A program made the position numbers and the translations under genes. A DNA stretch of 64,000 bases from a virus (lineage: Duplodnaviria; Caudoviricetes). Shown one piece after another: positions 8,796 through 17,999 of the stretch (positions within the stretch are counted from its first letter, which is position 1; the number at the start of each line of letters is the position of its first letter). Below the pieces are notes generated by a model. It was not told the DNA's origin. It was given only the letters and a program-made list of their open reading frames with translations, and ran no database searches. The stretch is from the IMG/VR virus record IMGVR_UViG_2585427527_000003, positions 2,563 to 66,562 of that record, one strand, 5' to 3'.

Positions 8796-9881
8796 ATGAA
8801 TATTGTAGATGGTGCCATGGTTCGGCCTGACGCTCGAATGAAGGCTGTTGATTTTTTTTGTGGTGCCGGCGGAATGAGCTATGGCCTGTCTCAGGCCGGG
8901 ATCGACGTGTTGGCAGGTATCGACAACTCCGTCGATTGTCAGCGGACCTACGTAGCCAATATTCCTGGTGCCCGGTACATCAGGAAAGACATATCCAAGC
9001 TCTCTGCGCCAGAGCTCGCACGACGCCTCCGGATCGAGAGGGACGACCCCAACTTGATCTTCTGCGGATGTAGCCCCTGTCAGTTCTGGAGCAAAATACG
9101 TACGGACAAGAGCAAGTCAGCAAAGACGGCCTTCCTCCTCAAGCAATTTCAAAAGTTCATTCGGTTCTTTCGCCCGGGCTTCGTGGTTGTTGAGAACGTG
9201 CCAGGTCTGGTCAGGAACAAGGATCATACCATCCTAGCGGATTTCATCGCATTTCTTGAAGGCATGGGGTACGACTGCACCGACGGAGTCATCAATGCCC
9301 TGCATCATGGTGTTCCTCAGAATAGGATGCGTTATCTTCTCATCGCTTCGCGAGTGACCAAGGTGGCGCCTCTCCCAAAGCTTGAGGGCACGGAGCGCCT
9401 AACGGTCGCAAACTTTATCGGCCAGGAGAACGGCTTCGTTCCGATCGGAGCGGGAAACAGGGATGCAAGCGACTTCAACCACACGACCATGTCGCTTTCT
9501 GACCGGAACCTACAGCGCATAGTGATGACCCCCGCATCGGGCGGTAATCGGTTTGCTTGGGCGGACAAACCTGAACTCCAGATCGATGCCTACCGCGATA
9601 ACCACCAGATCTTCCGAGACGTCTATGGCCGGATGTCCTGGGATAAGCCTTCGCCGACAATCACGACTAAATTTCTAAGTCTATCCAACGGCCGTTTCGG
9701 TCACCCAGAAGAACACCGTGCGATATCAGCACGGGAAGGTGCGACACTTCAGACCTTCCCGAAGGATTTCGTGTTCAAGGCCCCAAGCTTGGTCGCCCTG
9801 GGACGACAAATTGGCAACGCTGTTCCACCCGAACTGGCAAAGCGGATCGGTCAGCACCTAGTGGATTTGCGCGATGGCTAG
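8796..9881 (+). CDS. DNA (cytosine-5)-methyltransferase
   Basis: DFFCGAGG (motif I), GCSPCQ (IV), ENV (VI), QNRMR (VIII), REGATLQTFP, QIGNAVPP (X). Confidence 0.95.
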   Translation: MNIVDGAMVRPDARMKAVDFFCGAGGMSYGLSQAGIDVLAGIDNSVDCQRTYVANIPGARYIRKDISKLSAPELARRLRIERDDPNLIFCGCSPCQFWSKIRTDKSKSAKTAFLLKQFQKFIRFFRPGFVVVENVPGLVRNKDHTILADFIAFLEGMGYDCTDGVINALHHGVPQNRMRYLLIASRVTKVAPLPKLEGTERLTVANFIGQENGFVPIGAGNRDASDFNHTTMSLSDRNLQRIVMTPASGGNRFAWADKPELQIDAYRDNHQIFRDVYGRMSWDKPSPTITTKFLSLSNGRFGHPEEHRAISAREGATLQTFPKDFVFKAPSLVALGRQIGNAVPPELAKRIGQHLVDLRDG

Positions 9882-12873
9882 GATCCAGACTAGGGCACGG
9901 GCCGTCGACATGCTAGGTCGCCAACAGATCGCCGGCATCCAGAACGCGTTGAGCGAACTCTTCAAGAACGCCCACGATGCCTATGCCGAACACGTCCTCG
10001 TCGACTACTTCGAGGACTTCGGCGGCGAGGATCTTGGATTTCTGGTCGTGCGCGACGACGGAATCGGCATGACTCTCGGAGACTTCATCGACAAATGGCT
10101 CGTGCTCGGTACGGAAAGCAAGACGGGAAAATCCGACCCTCCGTATCTTCCTCCCGGCAAGGACAGGCGGCCGATCACAGGCGAAAAGGGCATCGGCCGC
10201 CTGGCGATCGCCCTGTTGGGCGAGCAGACGTTGATCCTGACTCGAGCCAGACGGGCGGAGGGCGTTCATGACCTCGTGGTCGGCCTAGTTCATTGGGGCC
10301 TCTTCGAAATACCCGGCCTCAACCTCGAGCAGATCGAAGTTCCGGTTGCGACGATCGAGAACGGTAAGTTGCCCGAAGCCGCTGCTCTGGCGGACCTCCG
10401 TTCACAGCTTGTCGAGTGCGCCAAGCGGATCGCGGCCGATCAGGCAATCGATCTCGGAAAGATCATCGACGAAGTCGAGAGCTTCCAGCCAGACCTCGGC
10501 AGCGTGTATCAGTTCCTCCGCGAGCGGGAGGACGAGCATCTGTCCCTCGTCGGCGACGCTACGGGCACGCACTTTCTGATCGCCCCAACAAATCCGGTCA
10601 TCCGCCTGGAACTCGAAGCCGAAGAGCGCGAACAGGACTACGGCTTCAGAAAGCATCTTCTCGGATTCTCCGACCAAGTGTTCGCAGCCAACGCACCGAG
10701 GCACCACATCTCGACCTCGTTCAGGCGGTGGAGAAACGGCGATCTTGCTGGCGAGGAGTTGCTCGATCCGACGACGTTCTTCACAAGAACGGAGCTTATC
10801 GAAAAATCGGATCACCTGTTCGCAGGAACAGTTGATGAATACGGTCAATTTTCCGGATCCCTGCGGGTCTATGAAACAGAGTACCCCGAGTTGATCGTTC
10901 CTTGGAGTGGCAACCGCGGCCGTAAGACCGCTTGCGGCCCTTTCTTCATAACATTCGGGTATGTAATGGGGCGCAGCACGGAAAGCCGGATGGCGCCCGA
11001 AGAATGGGCCGCAATGAACGAAAAGCTGTTGCACGTGGGCGGGCTTTACGTTTACCGGGATGGCATCCGTATTCTTCCCTACGGCGACTACTCCTTCGAC
11101 TGGGTCGAGGTCGAGAAGCGTCGAAATAAAGGCTCCGGCTATTATTTCTTCTCATTCCGGCGAATGCTGGGCGCCGTGCTCCTAACCAGATCCGAAAACT
11201 TCGAACTGGCCGAGAAGGCCGGCCGCGAAGGATTCCAACAGAACGAAGCCTATCGCCAGCTTCGGGACATCGTGATCAATCTGCTGCTTTATCTTGCTGC
11301 GGAATTCTTCCGGAAGGATGGCGCGAACACCGCGCTCTTCGAAGCTACGCAGGCCGAGATGCGAAAGCGCAGCGAGGCGCTTGAGCGCCAGTTGAAGCGC
11401 ACGAACACCAAGAGAAGGAATTTCGGCGCCGCGTTGACGGCGTTCGTCGGAGATCTCGACGCGGGGCTTCCCGCATCGGAAGTCGCCGCGCTGCGCCAGC
11501 TCACGAGGTCGCGTATGGATGCGGCCGCTCAGATCGCGGACCAGGACAAGGCCGCGGCCGCGCTCATCAGGGCCGAGCAGGAGGCGATCAGCTCCCTGTC
11601 TTCGCTCCGGACAAAGTACACGCGGAAGCGTCCTAGCGGCGTGGCGCTGGGGCGGGAGCTTCAGCGTGAGTGGGACGGCTACGTTACAGAGAGGGCCAGG
11701 CTCGAAGATAGTTTGTTCGCACCGTTCGAGCAGGAGGTCGGCAGGACTTTGGGAGCGGTGGCCGAACAGGCCCGCGTATATGTGGATCAACGTAAGCGTC
11801 TCGAGGAGCGTATCAAGCTTCTGGCGGCCGAGCGACGCCGCGACCTGGCGGATGCTGCTCGCCAAGCCAACACGACGGCCACCGAGACCCGTCAGACCGT
11901 CTTCAAGATAACGGAAAAGGCCCGGCTGGCCCTCGACGAGACAATCAACGCGATCCAGGCCGACCTGAACAGAACCGACCTCAGAGCCGTCGATCCGGAC
12001 AAGCTGGAAATGATGAGAAAAGGGTGGGAGGAGCGGCTTACGGACATCGAAGGCAGGCATCGCGATGCCCTCATGGCCGCTCGCGACATGCTGGCATCGC
12101 TCGCTGAAAACCTGAAGAGCTCCGACGGCAACGAACCGACTCAGGTCCTTCAGGCGATGGAGGAGCGGATGATCGCGCTCGAAGAGCAGGCGGATGAGGA
12201 TTTCGAGATGGTGCAGCTCGGTCTGGCTGTCGCGATCATCAATCACGAGTTCGCTGCGTCTATCCGGCGCGTCAGGCGCAGCGTACAGGAACTCGGTCAG
12301 GTGTCTCGACGAAGCGACGCCCTCCGGCCGCTCTACGAATCCATTCGATCGAATTTCGAACACCTGGACGGCCATCTCAACCTCTTCACCCCCCTGCAGC
12401 GACGCCTTCAGCGGACCGCGCAGGAAATAAGCGGCAAGAGCATCCGCAACTACGTCGAGGACCTTTTCGCCGGGCGTCTGGAACGGCATTCGATCGAGGT
12501 CAAGGTGACCGAAGATTTCCTCACGAGCTCCGTCGAATGCTTCCCCTCGACGCTCTATCCGGCGGTGATCAACATCGTCGATAACGCGCTCCATTGGCTC
12601 AAGGAGGTCCAGGGTCAGAAGATCATCTTCTTCGACGCGGATGAGAGCGGCATCTACATTTCGAACAACGGGCCGGCTGTGGAGGCCAGAGACTTCCAAA
12701 GGATCTTCGAGCGTGGGTTCAGCCGAAAGGTCGGCGGACGAGGCCTCGGCCTGTTCATTTCCGCACGTGCCCTACAGGCGGAGGGAATGTCGCTCGGTCT
12801 CGCCGACCCGCCGATGCATGGAATGAACGTTACCTTCATGATTGGTGCAACGATGAAAGCTGCTCGGCAATGA
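9874..12873 (+). CDS. Fusion of N-terminal GHKL/MORC-like ATPase, coiled coil and C-terminal histidine kinase
   Basis: N-term ELFKNAHDA, DDGIGM, GEKGIGRLA; C-term H-box IINHEF, N-box NIVDNALHW, NNGP, IFERGFS, GRGLGL. Confidence 0.88.
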   Translation: MARIQTRARAVDMLGRQQIAGIQNALSELFKNAHDAYAEHVLVDYFEDFGGEDLGFLVVRDDGIGMTLGDFIDKWLVLGTESKTGKSDPPYLPPGKDRRPITGEKGIGRLAIALLGEQTLILTRARRAEGVHDLVVGLVHWGLFEIPGLNLEQIEVPVATIENGKLPEAAALADLRSQLVECAKRIAADQAIDLGKIIDEVESFQPDLGSVYQFLREREDEHLSLVGDATGTHFLIAPTNPVIRLELEAEEREQDYGFRKHLLGFSDQVFAANAPRHHISTSFRRWRNGDLAGEELLDPTTFFTRTELIEKSDHLFAGTVDEYGQFSGSLRVYETEYPELIVPWSGNRGRKTACGPFFITFGYVMGRSTESRMAPEEWAAMNEKLLHVGGLYVYRDGIRILPYGDYSFDWVEVEKRRNKGSGYYFFSFRRMLGAVLLTRSENFELAEKAGREGFQQNEAYRQLRDIVINLLLYLAAEFFRKDGANTALFEATQAEMRKRSEALERQLKRTNTKRRNFGAALTAFVGDLDAGLPASEVAALRQLTRSRMDAAAQIADQDKAAAALIRAEQEAISSLSSLRTKYTRKRPSGVALGRELQREWDGYVTERARLEDSLFAPFEQEVGRTLGAVAEQARVYVDQRKRLEERIKLLAAERRRDLADAARQANTTATETRQTVFKITEKARLALDETINAIQADLNRTDLRAVDPDKLEMMRKGWEERLTDIEGRHRDALMAARDMLASLAENLKSSDGNEPTQVLQAMEERMIALEEQADEDFEMVQLGLAVAIINHEFAASIRRVRRSVQELGQVSRRSDALRPLYESIRSNFEHLDGHLNLFTPLQRRLQRTAQEISGKSIRNYVEDLFAGRLERHSIEVKVTEDFLTSSVECFPSTLYPAVINIVDNALHWLKEVQGQKIIFFDADESGIYISNNGPAVEARDFQRIFERGFSRKVGGRGLGLFISARALQAEGMSLGLADPPMHGMNVTFMIGATMKAARQ

Positions 12874-14501
12874 CCGCGATCCAAGACTTTGCAGTAGAAG
12901 CCACTCGCCGCTACATCCAGAGCGTCGTCTTCGTCGATGATGAGATATTCGTGGCCGACTCCGGAAAAGTGATGGTGCCCGAGATCAAGCTCGGCGGCAT
13001 GAACGTGTTTCGAAAGGATTCGGCTACGATCTCAAAGGAATCGGTTGCGGACGACAAGGAGAAGCGGGTGCCGGGACCAGCGCCCTTTCATCCAAAACAG
13101 CTTGTCGAGAGCTTTGCTCGGCAACGAGTCGTCTGCGCGCTTTATGAGCCGGCTGAAGGATTCGAGACCTCTTCGGACTCGGAGATCTTCAGGCTCTGCG
13201 AACGCGCGGACGTCGTTATCCTCGACTGGGACCTGTACAACGAGGATGGTCGCAACATCCTTCCGTTGCTGGAAAATCTGGTCACCCAGAGCCAGACGAC
13301 CGTTCCGCACCATGTCAGGCTTTGCGCGATCTACTCGACTAAACCGGACTTGTTCAGGATCACAGGCCAGATCTTCGACACCTTGAAGAAAGCCGGTCTC
13401 GATATCAATGTCCTGGACGACAACAAGCTGTCAGCGGGCTCTTCCAGGATCGTCGTGCTTGGTAAGCCTTCCACGGGCAGGCCGGAGAAGCAAAAGGCGT
13501 TGGCGGAGGTCCCCGAAGCGGATCTGGCGGATCGGATTATCCTGGAGTTTGCGAAAATGCACGAAGGAATCCTTCCCTCTCTCGCCCTTCATGGCATGGC
13601 TTCGGTAAGAAGCAGCGCCAAAAAGATCCTCGACAAGTTCGGTGCCGATATGGACGGCGCATTCCTGGTTCACAGGGCGATGATCCATCCGGCGGACGAT
13701 GCCTTCGAGCAGATCCCAGAGCTTCTTGCCGAGGAAGCCTTGTCTGTGATGCTCGACAACGCAGTGTCGCCTGAACTGACCGCCCGACTCTCGGACGAGG
13801 CCATCGATGCCAAGAACATCCAACTACCCTGGACCGCCAAAGAAGGACAGGCGAAGGACGGCGAGATTGCCATTGACGTAATGAAGTCTGGACAGAAGGC
13901 GGCAACGCGCTTCAGAGGCGACAAGCAGAAGAATTGGGTCGACGAACTGCATGATGCCATGGGTGCGAAGGCCACTGCTGCGGACAAGCGCCTCGCTTCG
14001 CTCTACAACACCCGGACGAAGTACACTGTGAGACGAGACCTGTCGTTCGGCACGGTCGCTCGCCGGAAGGTTGGGGATTCTTTTGAATATCTGCTCTGCC
14101 TGATGCCGCTCTGCGACTGTGTAAGGCTCATTCACGGCGAGAGTTATGAGTTCCCATTCTGGACGCTGAAGACATCAAACTCGGGTGCCGTTGCCCGAGG
14201 TTTCGTCGTTGAACTTCCCGCAGAGAAGGGCCACATCGAGCTCTTCGCATTGGGCAAGCCGCGAGATCGGTTCTCCATCCGAAAATTTGCGGCCGGCACA
14301 CATGGCACCGTGGAAGCGGTCGCGAACGGTGACATTCAGATTTTTGGTGACGGCGAAGGAGGTCTTGAATGGGTCGCGCAACTCAAGCCTAGCCATGCTC
14401 AACGGATCGCACAGGATGTCGGCGCGTCATTCTCGCGAATCGGCCTTATCGAGGCGGAATGGTTGCGTAAGAAGACTGAAAAATCCGGGCAAGATGTCTA
14501 G
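12870..14501 (+). CDS. Receiver (response-regulator-like) domain protein with long unknown C-terminal region
   Basis: VVFVDDE, VILDWDL, IYST, LGKP receiver motifs; ATGA overlap with kinase stop. Confidence 0.8.
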   Translation: MTAIQDFAVEATRRYIQSVVFVDDEIFVADSGKVMVPEIKLGGMNVFRKDSATISKESVADDKEKRVPGPAPFHPKQLVESFARQRVVCALYEPAEGFETSSDSEIFRLCERADVVILDWDLYNEDGRNILPLLENLVTQSQTTVPHHVRLCAIYSTKPDLFRITGQIFDTLKKAGLDINVLDDNKLSAGSSRIVVLGKPSTGRPEKQKALAEVPEADLADRIILEFAKMHEGILPSLALHGMASVRSSAKKILDKFGADMDGAFLVHRAMIHPADDAFEQIPELLAEEALSVMLDNAVSPELTARLSDEAIDAKNIQLPWTAKEGQAKDGEIAIDVMKSGQKAATRFRGDKQKNWVDELHDAMGAKATAADKRLASLYNTRTKYTVRRDLSFGTVARRKVGDSFEYLLCLMPLCDCVRLIHGESYEFPFWTLKTSNSGAVARGFVVELPAEKGHIELFALGKPRDRFSIRKFAAGTHGTVEAVANGDIQIFGDGEGGLEWVAQLKPSHAQRIAQDVGASFSRIGLIEAEWLRKKTEKSGQDV

Positions 14502-14564
14502 CACTCATCCGCACAGTGCCGTCGATTGGCAAATCAAGGATTTCATTGCGAGCTACAACCGACC

Positions 14565-15647
14565 TTATCCGACGATCTTGGTGGCAGAAGTCTGCCCCCT
14601 CAAACCTTCAAGCTTGCGGCAGACTTCGTCCGCCGCGCTACTCAGATCCTCTATAATCAATTTTCCAGAAGCCCGGACGGATGTAATGCCGAACTCTGCG
14701 AGCCTCGCATCAACCTTGGCATCCCGTTCAGCCTGTTTTCCCCGCCCATGATGAGCGCCGTCGCAGAAGACGGCCAATCGTTCCGCAGGAAAATAGAGGT
14801 CGATTTCGGTCAGGAGCTGCAATTCGTGTCTCGTTTCGATATCCGCATGGGAATCGTAGAGAGACGGATAGGTTCTCCCGTCCGGAAAAACGAGCTGCTG
14901 AAGCGCTGGACGTAGGCCTCGAAAGAGTAGCTCCTGATAAAGGAAGAGTTCGATCGGTGTCTGCGCTCCCCAAATCCTTCGGACCTCGACCTGCTTGAAC
15001 GGCTGATAGATGGTCTTGATCCGGTTTCGAAGGAAGCGCTTTCGCGATGCCGCGTCTGGGAGCCATTGATCGACCTCAAGTACATCCTCGCGGTCGAATC
15101 CGGTCCAAAGGTAATACATTCCAACGATCGCGCCGAGTTCGTCGACATATCCCTTGCCGCCCTTCATATCGAGAATGGTTCCTGCGATCGAGAACGTGGA
15201 CCACTCCCCCACGAAAGGATCAAACCCGGAATAGGCCCAGTCGGCTTCCGCGAAGGCGGCTCCGCCCCGATGGGCCTTCACCGAGTCGATGGTGACCGTG
15301 GTGACGACACCACGCTTGGACATCGGTATTGCGGATATCGCATAAGGGATGCCTTCAAGCGTTTCGTCAGAGCCAAAGATCGCTGCAAGGTTCATCACCA
15401 GAAGAACTGGCTGGAATACGGCCCCGACGGATCGAAAGTATTCCACCTCTGCATCGGAAGGCTCATCACGGAGCACATCGCCGACGAGTTGAGTCATTTT
15501 CCCCGTGATCGGCTGTATCCCGCTCAACGGCACCAAGCTGGCATTCACCAACTCAGGAACCCATTCCCAAGAAAGAGCGAAAGGTTTCGTTGGAAGCTTG
15601 CGGTAGTCTGGACGCGCTTCAAGTGCGGCAGGCCGATTCTTGATCAT
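14565..15647 (-). CDS. Protein with C-terminal DUF559/Vsr-like (PD-(D/E)xK) endonuclease domain
   Basis: TPIELFLYQEL..Q..EIDLYFPAERLAVFCDGAHH..ERDAKVDARL..GITSVR. Confidence 0.7.
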   Translation of the reverse strand: MIKNRPAALEARPDYRKLPTKPFALSWEWVPELVNASLVPLSGIQPITGKMTQLVGDVLRDEPSDAEVEYFRSVGAVFQPVLLVMNLAAIFGSDETLEGIPYAISAIPMSKRGVVTTVTIDSVKAHRGGAAFAEADWAYSGFDPFVGEWSTFSIAGTILDMKGGKGYVDELGAIVGMYYLWTGFDREDVLEVDQWLPDAASRKRFLRNRIKTIYQPFKQVEVRRIWGAQTPIELFLYQELLFRGLRPALQQLVFPDGRTYPSLYDSHADIETRHELQLLTEIDLYFPAERLAVFCDGAHHGRGKQAERDAKVDARLAEFGITSVRASGKLIIEDLSSAADEVCRKLEGLRGQTSATKIVG

Positions 15648-15994
15648 CTGCCCCTGCCAGCAATGAGATATTCAAAGCTGAGCTGGGGGTCCTCCACCAG
15701 GAGTTCGTCGCGTGCCATGTCGGCATATTCCTTAATGTCCAGGTCGTAACCGATGTCGTACATCTGATTGATCGCACCGACACGACTCCCTCGGAAGAAT
15801 TCCTCACCGTCCAGCTCGCGAAGGACGTAATCGTCGCTCTCGATCGCGACTGTTTTGCAACATATCTCGGCTAGGTTCTTGATTGCAGATCGCGGCGCGA
15901 GGTCGATTGTCTTCTGCTGTTCGGTTACAGCTTCAATATGCTCTCCAGAACGACGAAAGTTGGAGCGGATAACGATTTTTCTTGGAAGGAGCAT
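15644..15994 (-). CDS. Hypothetical protein (~116-130 aa)
   Basis: Stop overlaps start of the nuclease gene (ATGA); start 15994 or 16036. Confidence 0.55.
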   Translation of the reverse strand: MLLPRKIVIRSNFRRSGEHIEAVTEQQKTIDLAPRSAIKNLAEICCKTVAIESDDYVLRELDGEEFFRGSRVGAINQMYDIGYDLDIKEYADMARDELLVEDPQLSFEYLIAGRGR

Positions 15995-16061
15995 GTGGGG
16001 CCTTTCGAGTTTAAACCTCCAAAATGGTCCTCGCAAAAAATCGATCGTGCAAGAGGCTCAA

Positions 16062-17849
16062 TTACATTTCAGCCGTCTCCATCAGGCTTGAAGCTGCTAG
16101 AGCGGACAGGTTAGCAGCAAGTTTTCCCGCCCTCGCCCTAAACATGCGGGTGAACTCCAAGCCCTCGTAGTGGAGCTTTTGCATCTCCTCATCGAGAAGG
16201 CGGAGCCTTACGACACCATCTCCATAACGTGCAGCCATACCACCATCAGAGTGCCCTTGAAGGGCGTTGATGAATTCCAAAGGGATCCGGCTGTTCTTGC
16301 AGCCGTCCTCGAAGGAATGCCGGAAAGAGTGGAAGGTGTGCTTGGGCGTCTTCACCTTGATGTCCTTCAAGAAGCGATTGAAACGCGGCGAGTAGGCTGT
16401 CGAATAGTATCCATCTGCTGCCTTGGGGAAATCCGGGAAAAGACGAGAACCCTTCTTCCGCTGCGCGGCAACAAAATTTTCGAAGCCAAGTTTCTTGAGC
16501 ATCGGATGCACAGGGATCGTCCGGATCGAAGCGTCTGTCTTGACGTTCTGCTCTTCGCCATCATCGGTGATGGTGAAGTGCAGCACGCCTCCTTCCTCCT
16601 TGATGTCATCGACTAGTAGCTGGATGATCTCCCCGGCTCGCGCTCCGGTGAACAAGCCGATCAGCGGCACCCAGTAGATACCCTGATCTGCCGGAATGTG
16701 ACTGCCGACTTTCAACCACGATTTCGGCGACTGACATCCTGTGAACAGGGGAGCGTCGAATATTGTCTGCAGTTGCTTTGAAGAGAAGGGGAGGCGTTCG
16801 TCTCTCGCTTTCGTCTTTACGCGGAGGTTCATCCTGTTGAACGGATTCCCGGGAACATCGTCAAACTGGCCTTCCGCCCAGTTCCAGAATGCACGAACGA
16901 ATCCGAGGATCTTATTCACGTTCCGGTCGGACATCCGTTCGACTTCAACGGTCTTGGCCTTCTCGACGGCCTTCGTGAAGCTCAGCCCCTTAAAGCCTTC
17001 CTTCTGCATGAAGTTCGGCGGCAAAGACATGACAGCTTCTTTGAAGGCTCTGGCATCCGCCTTCGAACAATCCTTCAGGGGCTTGTCGCCGACGAGTTCC
17101 TGGAAGCGCGATGCCCATAGCTCGTTGGCATCAGCGCTGGATTCTACCCAGTCCCCGTCCTTGCGGGTTTTCTCCTTGACCCAGCCCGCGATTGCGGTCG
17201 TCAGCGTCGGCCCCGAAGACGCTGTCGAGGTCGGCGCGACAGCCTTCTGAGGGCGCCGATATTCCGGAAAGGATGCGGCTGCCGGATCGGGGCTGTAGTC
17301 GCCTTGAGACATCTTAAATGTCTTCAGGCGGGCCTTCTGGATTGCTTGCTGCGCGTGCTTCTGAAGGGCCATACGACTAGGCACATCGATCCTGTGACCC
17401 TCGTCGATGAGAAACTTGTCGATCCTCTCCGATATGCGCGCCTTCCGGCGCTCCATCACTTGATTGATGGCCTTCGCTGTGGCTTCCTTGTTCGAACCAA
17501 GGCCGACAACCTTCGCTTTTCCATTTGCGTACTGGTTTAAAAGGAGGTCGAAGACGTTGCTGGATGGATCGTCTTCCTCTTCGGCGATCATTCGACGATA
17601 GATTTCGCCCGCCATCGCCACGGCTTCCTTGTGCGTGAGCTTCCGCACGTCCTGCCGCAGCCTCCCCCAGCGCTCCTCGATCTCTGCGGCCGCCTTGGCG
17701 AACAGAATTCGCGCCTCGGCGGGGTCGCGCGTTTTCAAGCTGAACTTCTCTTCACGCTTGCCCACAATCGGGCGGAGATCGTCGGGTACTTTCTTTCGGA
17801 GCCACCAGAAAGAGCCGTTTAAATAGGGCTGCGCCATTTTCAAAACCAT
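16062..17849 (-). CDS. int: Tyrosine recombinase/integrase with DUF6538-like N-terminus
   Basis: WLRKKVPDDLRPIVGKRE..SLKTRD N-term; GARAGEI, HSFRH, LQGH, RYG catalytic motifs; ATG 17849. Confidence 0.92.
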   Translation of the reverse strand: MVLKMAQPYLNGSFWWLRKKVPDDLRPIVGKREEKFSLKTRDPAEARILFAKAAAEIEERWGRLRQDVRKLTHKEAVAMAGEIYRRMIAEEEDDPSSNVFDLLLNQYANGKAKVVGLGSNKEATAKAINQVMERRKARISERIDKFLIDEGHRIDVPSRMALQKHAQQAIQKARLKTFKMSQGDYSPDPAAASFPEYRRPQKAVAPTSTASSGPTLTTAIAGWVKEKTRKDGDWVESSADANELWASRFQELVGDKPLKDCSKADARAFKEAVMSLPPNFMQKEGFKGLSFTKAVEKAKTVEVERMSDRNVNKILGFVRAFWNWAEGQFDDVPGNPFNRMNLRVKTKARDERLPFSSKQLQTIFDAPLFTGCQSPKSWLKVGSHIPADQGIYWVPLIGLFTGARAGEIIQLLVDDIKEEGGVLHFTITDDGEEQNVKTDASIRTIPVHPMLKKLGFENFVAAQRKKGSRLFPDFPKAADGYYSTAYSPRFNRFLKDIKVKTPKHTFHSFRHSFEDGCKNSRIPLEFINALQGHSDGGMAARYGDGVVRLRLLDEEMQKLHYEGLEFTRMFRARAGKLAANLSALAASSLMETAEM

Positions 17850-17933
17850 GGTCGTTGTACCACTCTGGTGTACCAAATGAGCGGTGCAAAAAGCCTTAAA
17901 GCTCAAAAAATGAGTGTTTTCCGGGGGATAGGA

Positions 17934-17980
17934 TGGTGCTGCTAGAGAGATTTGAACTCTCGGCCTCTCCCTTACCAAGG
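17934..17980 (-). other. att core: 3' 47 nt of tRNA-Thr(GGT), not an intact tRNA
   Basis: Reverse strand reads ccttGGTaagggagaggccgagagttcaaatctctctagcagcaCCA (anticodon arm, T-arm, CCA); 5' half absent; an integrase on each side. Confidence 0.88.
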
Positions 17981-17999
17981 CACGGAGACAATATCGAAA

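Larger units (their letters stand above)
1..17933. mobile_element. Integrative plasmid-like (mobilizable) element inserted at the tRNA-Thr 3' end; left boundary outside window
   Basis: Tyrosine integrase beside the tRNA 3'-end fragment, plus replicase (6460-8190), HUH relaxase (4453-5739) and defence-type cargo; no T4SS or capsid genes in view. Confidence 0.75.

Noticed and set aside
11182-12699. 505-aa minus-strand ORF
   Set aside because: Antisense shadow of the kinase gene in GC-rich DNA, with no motifs
1-17933. Capsid-forming or PICI-type phage satellite
   Set aside because: No capsid, terminase or AlpA/primase-helicase module visible; relaxase plus replicase fits a mobilizable element better
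17850-17978. N-terminal extension of the 638-aa integrase ORF
   Set aside because: It reads through the tRNA fragment; ATG 17849 fits the domain start
17934-17980. Intact tRNA-Thr gene
   Set aside because: Only the anticodon arm to CCA is present; the D-arm and 5' acceptor strand are missing, so it is treated as an att core
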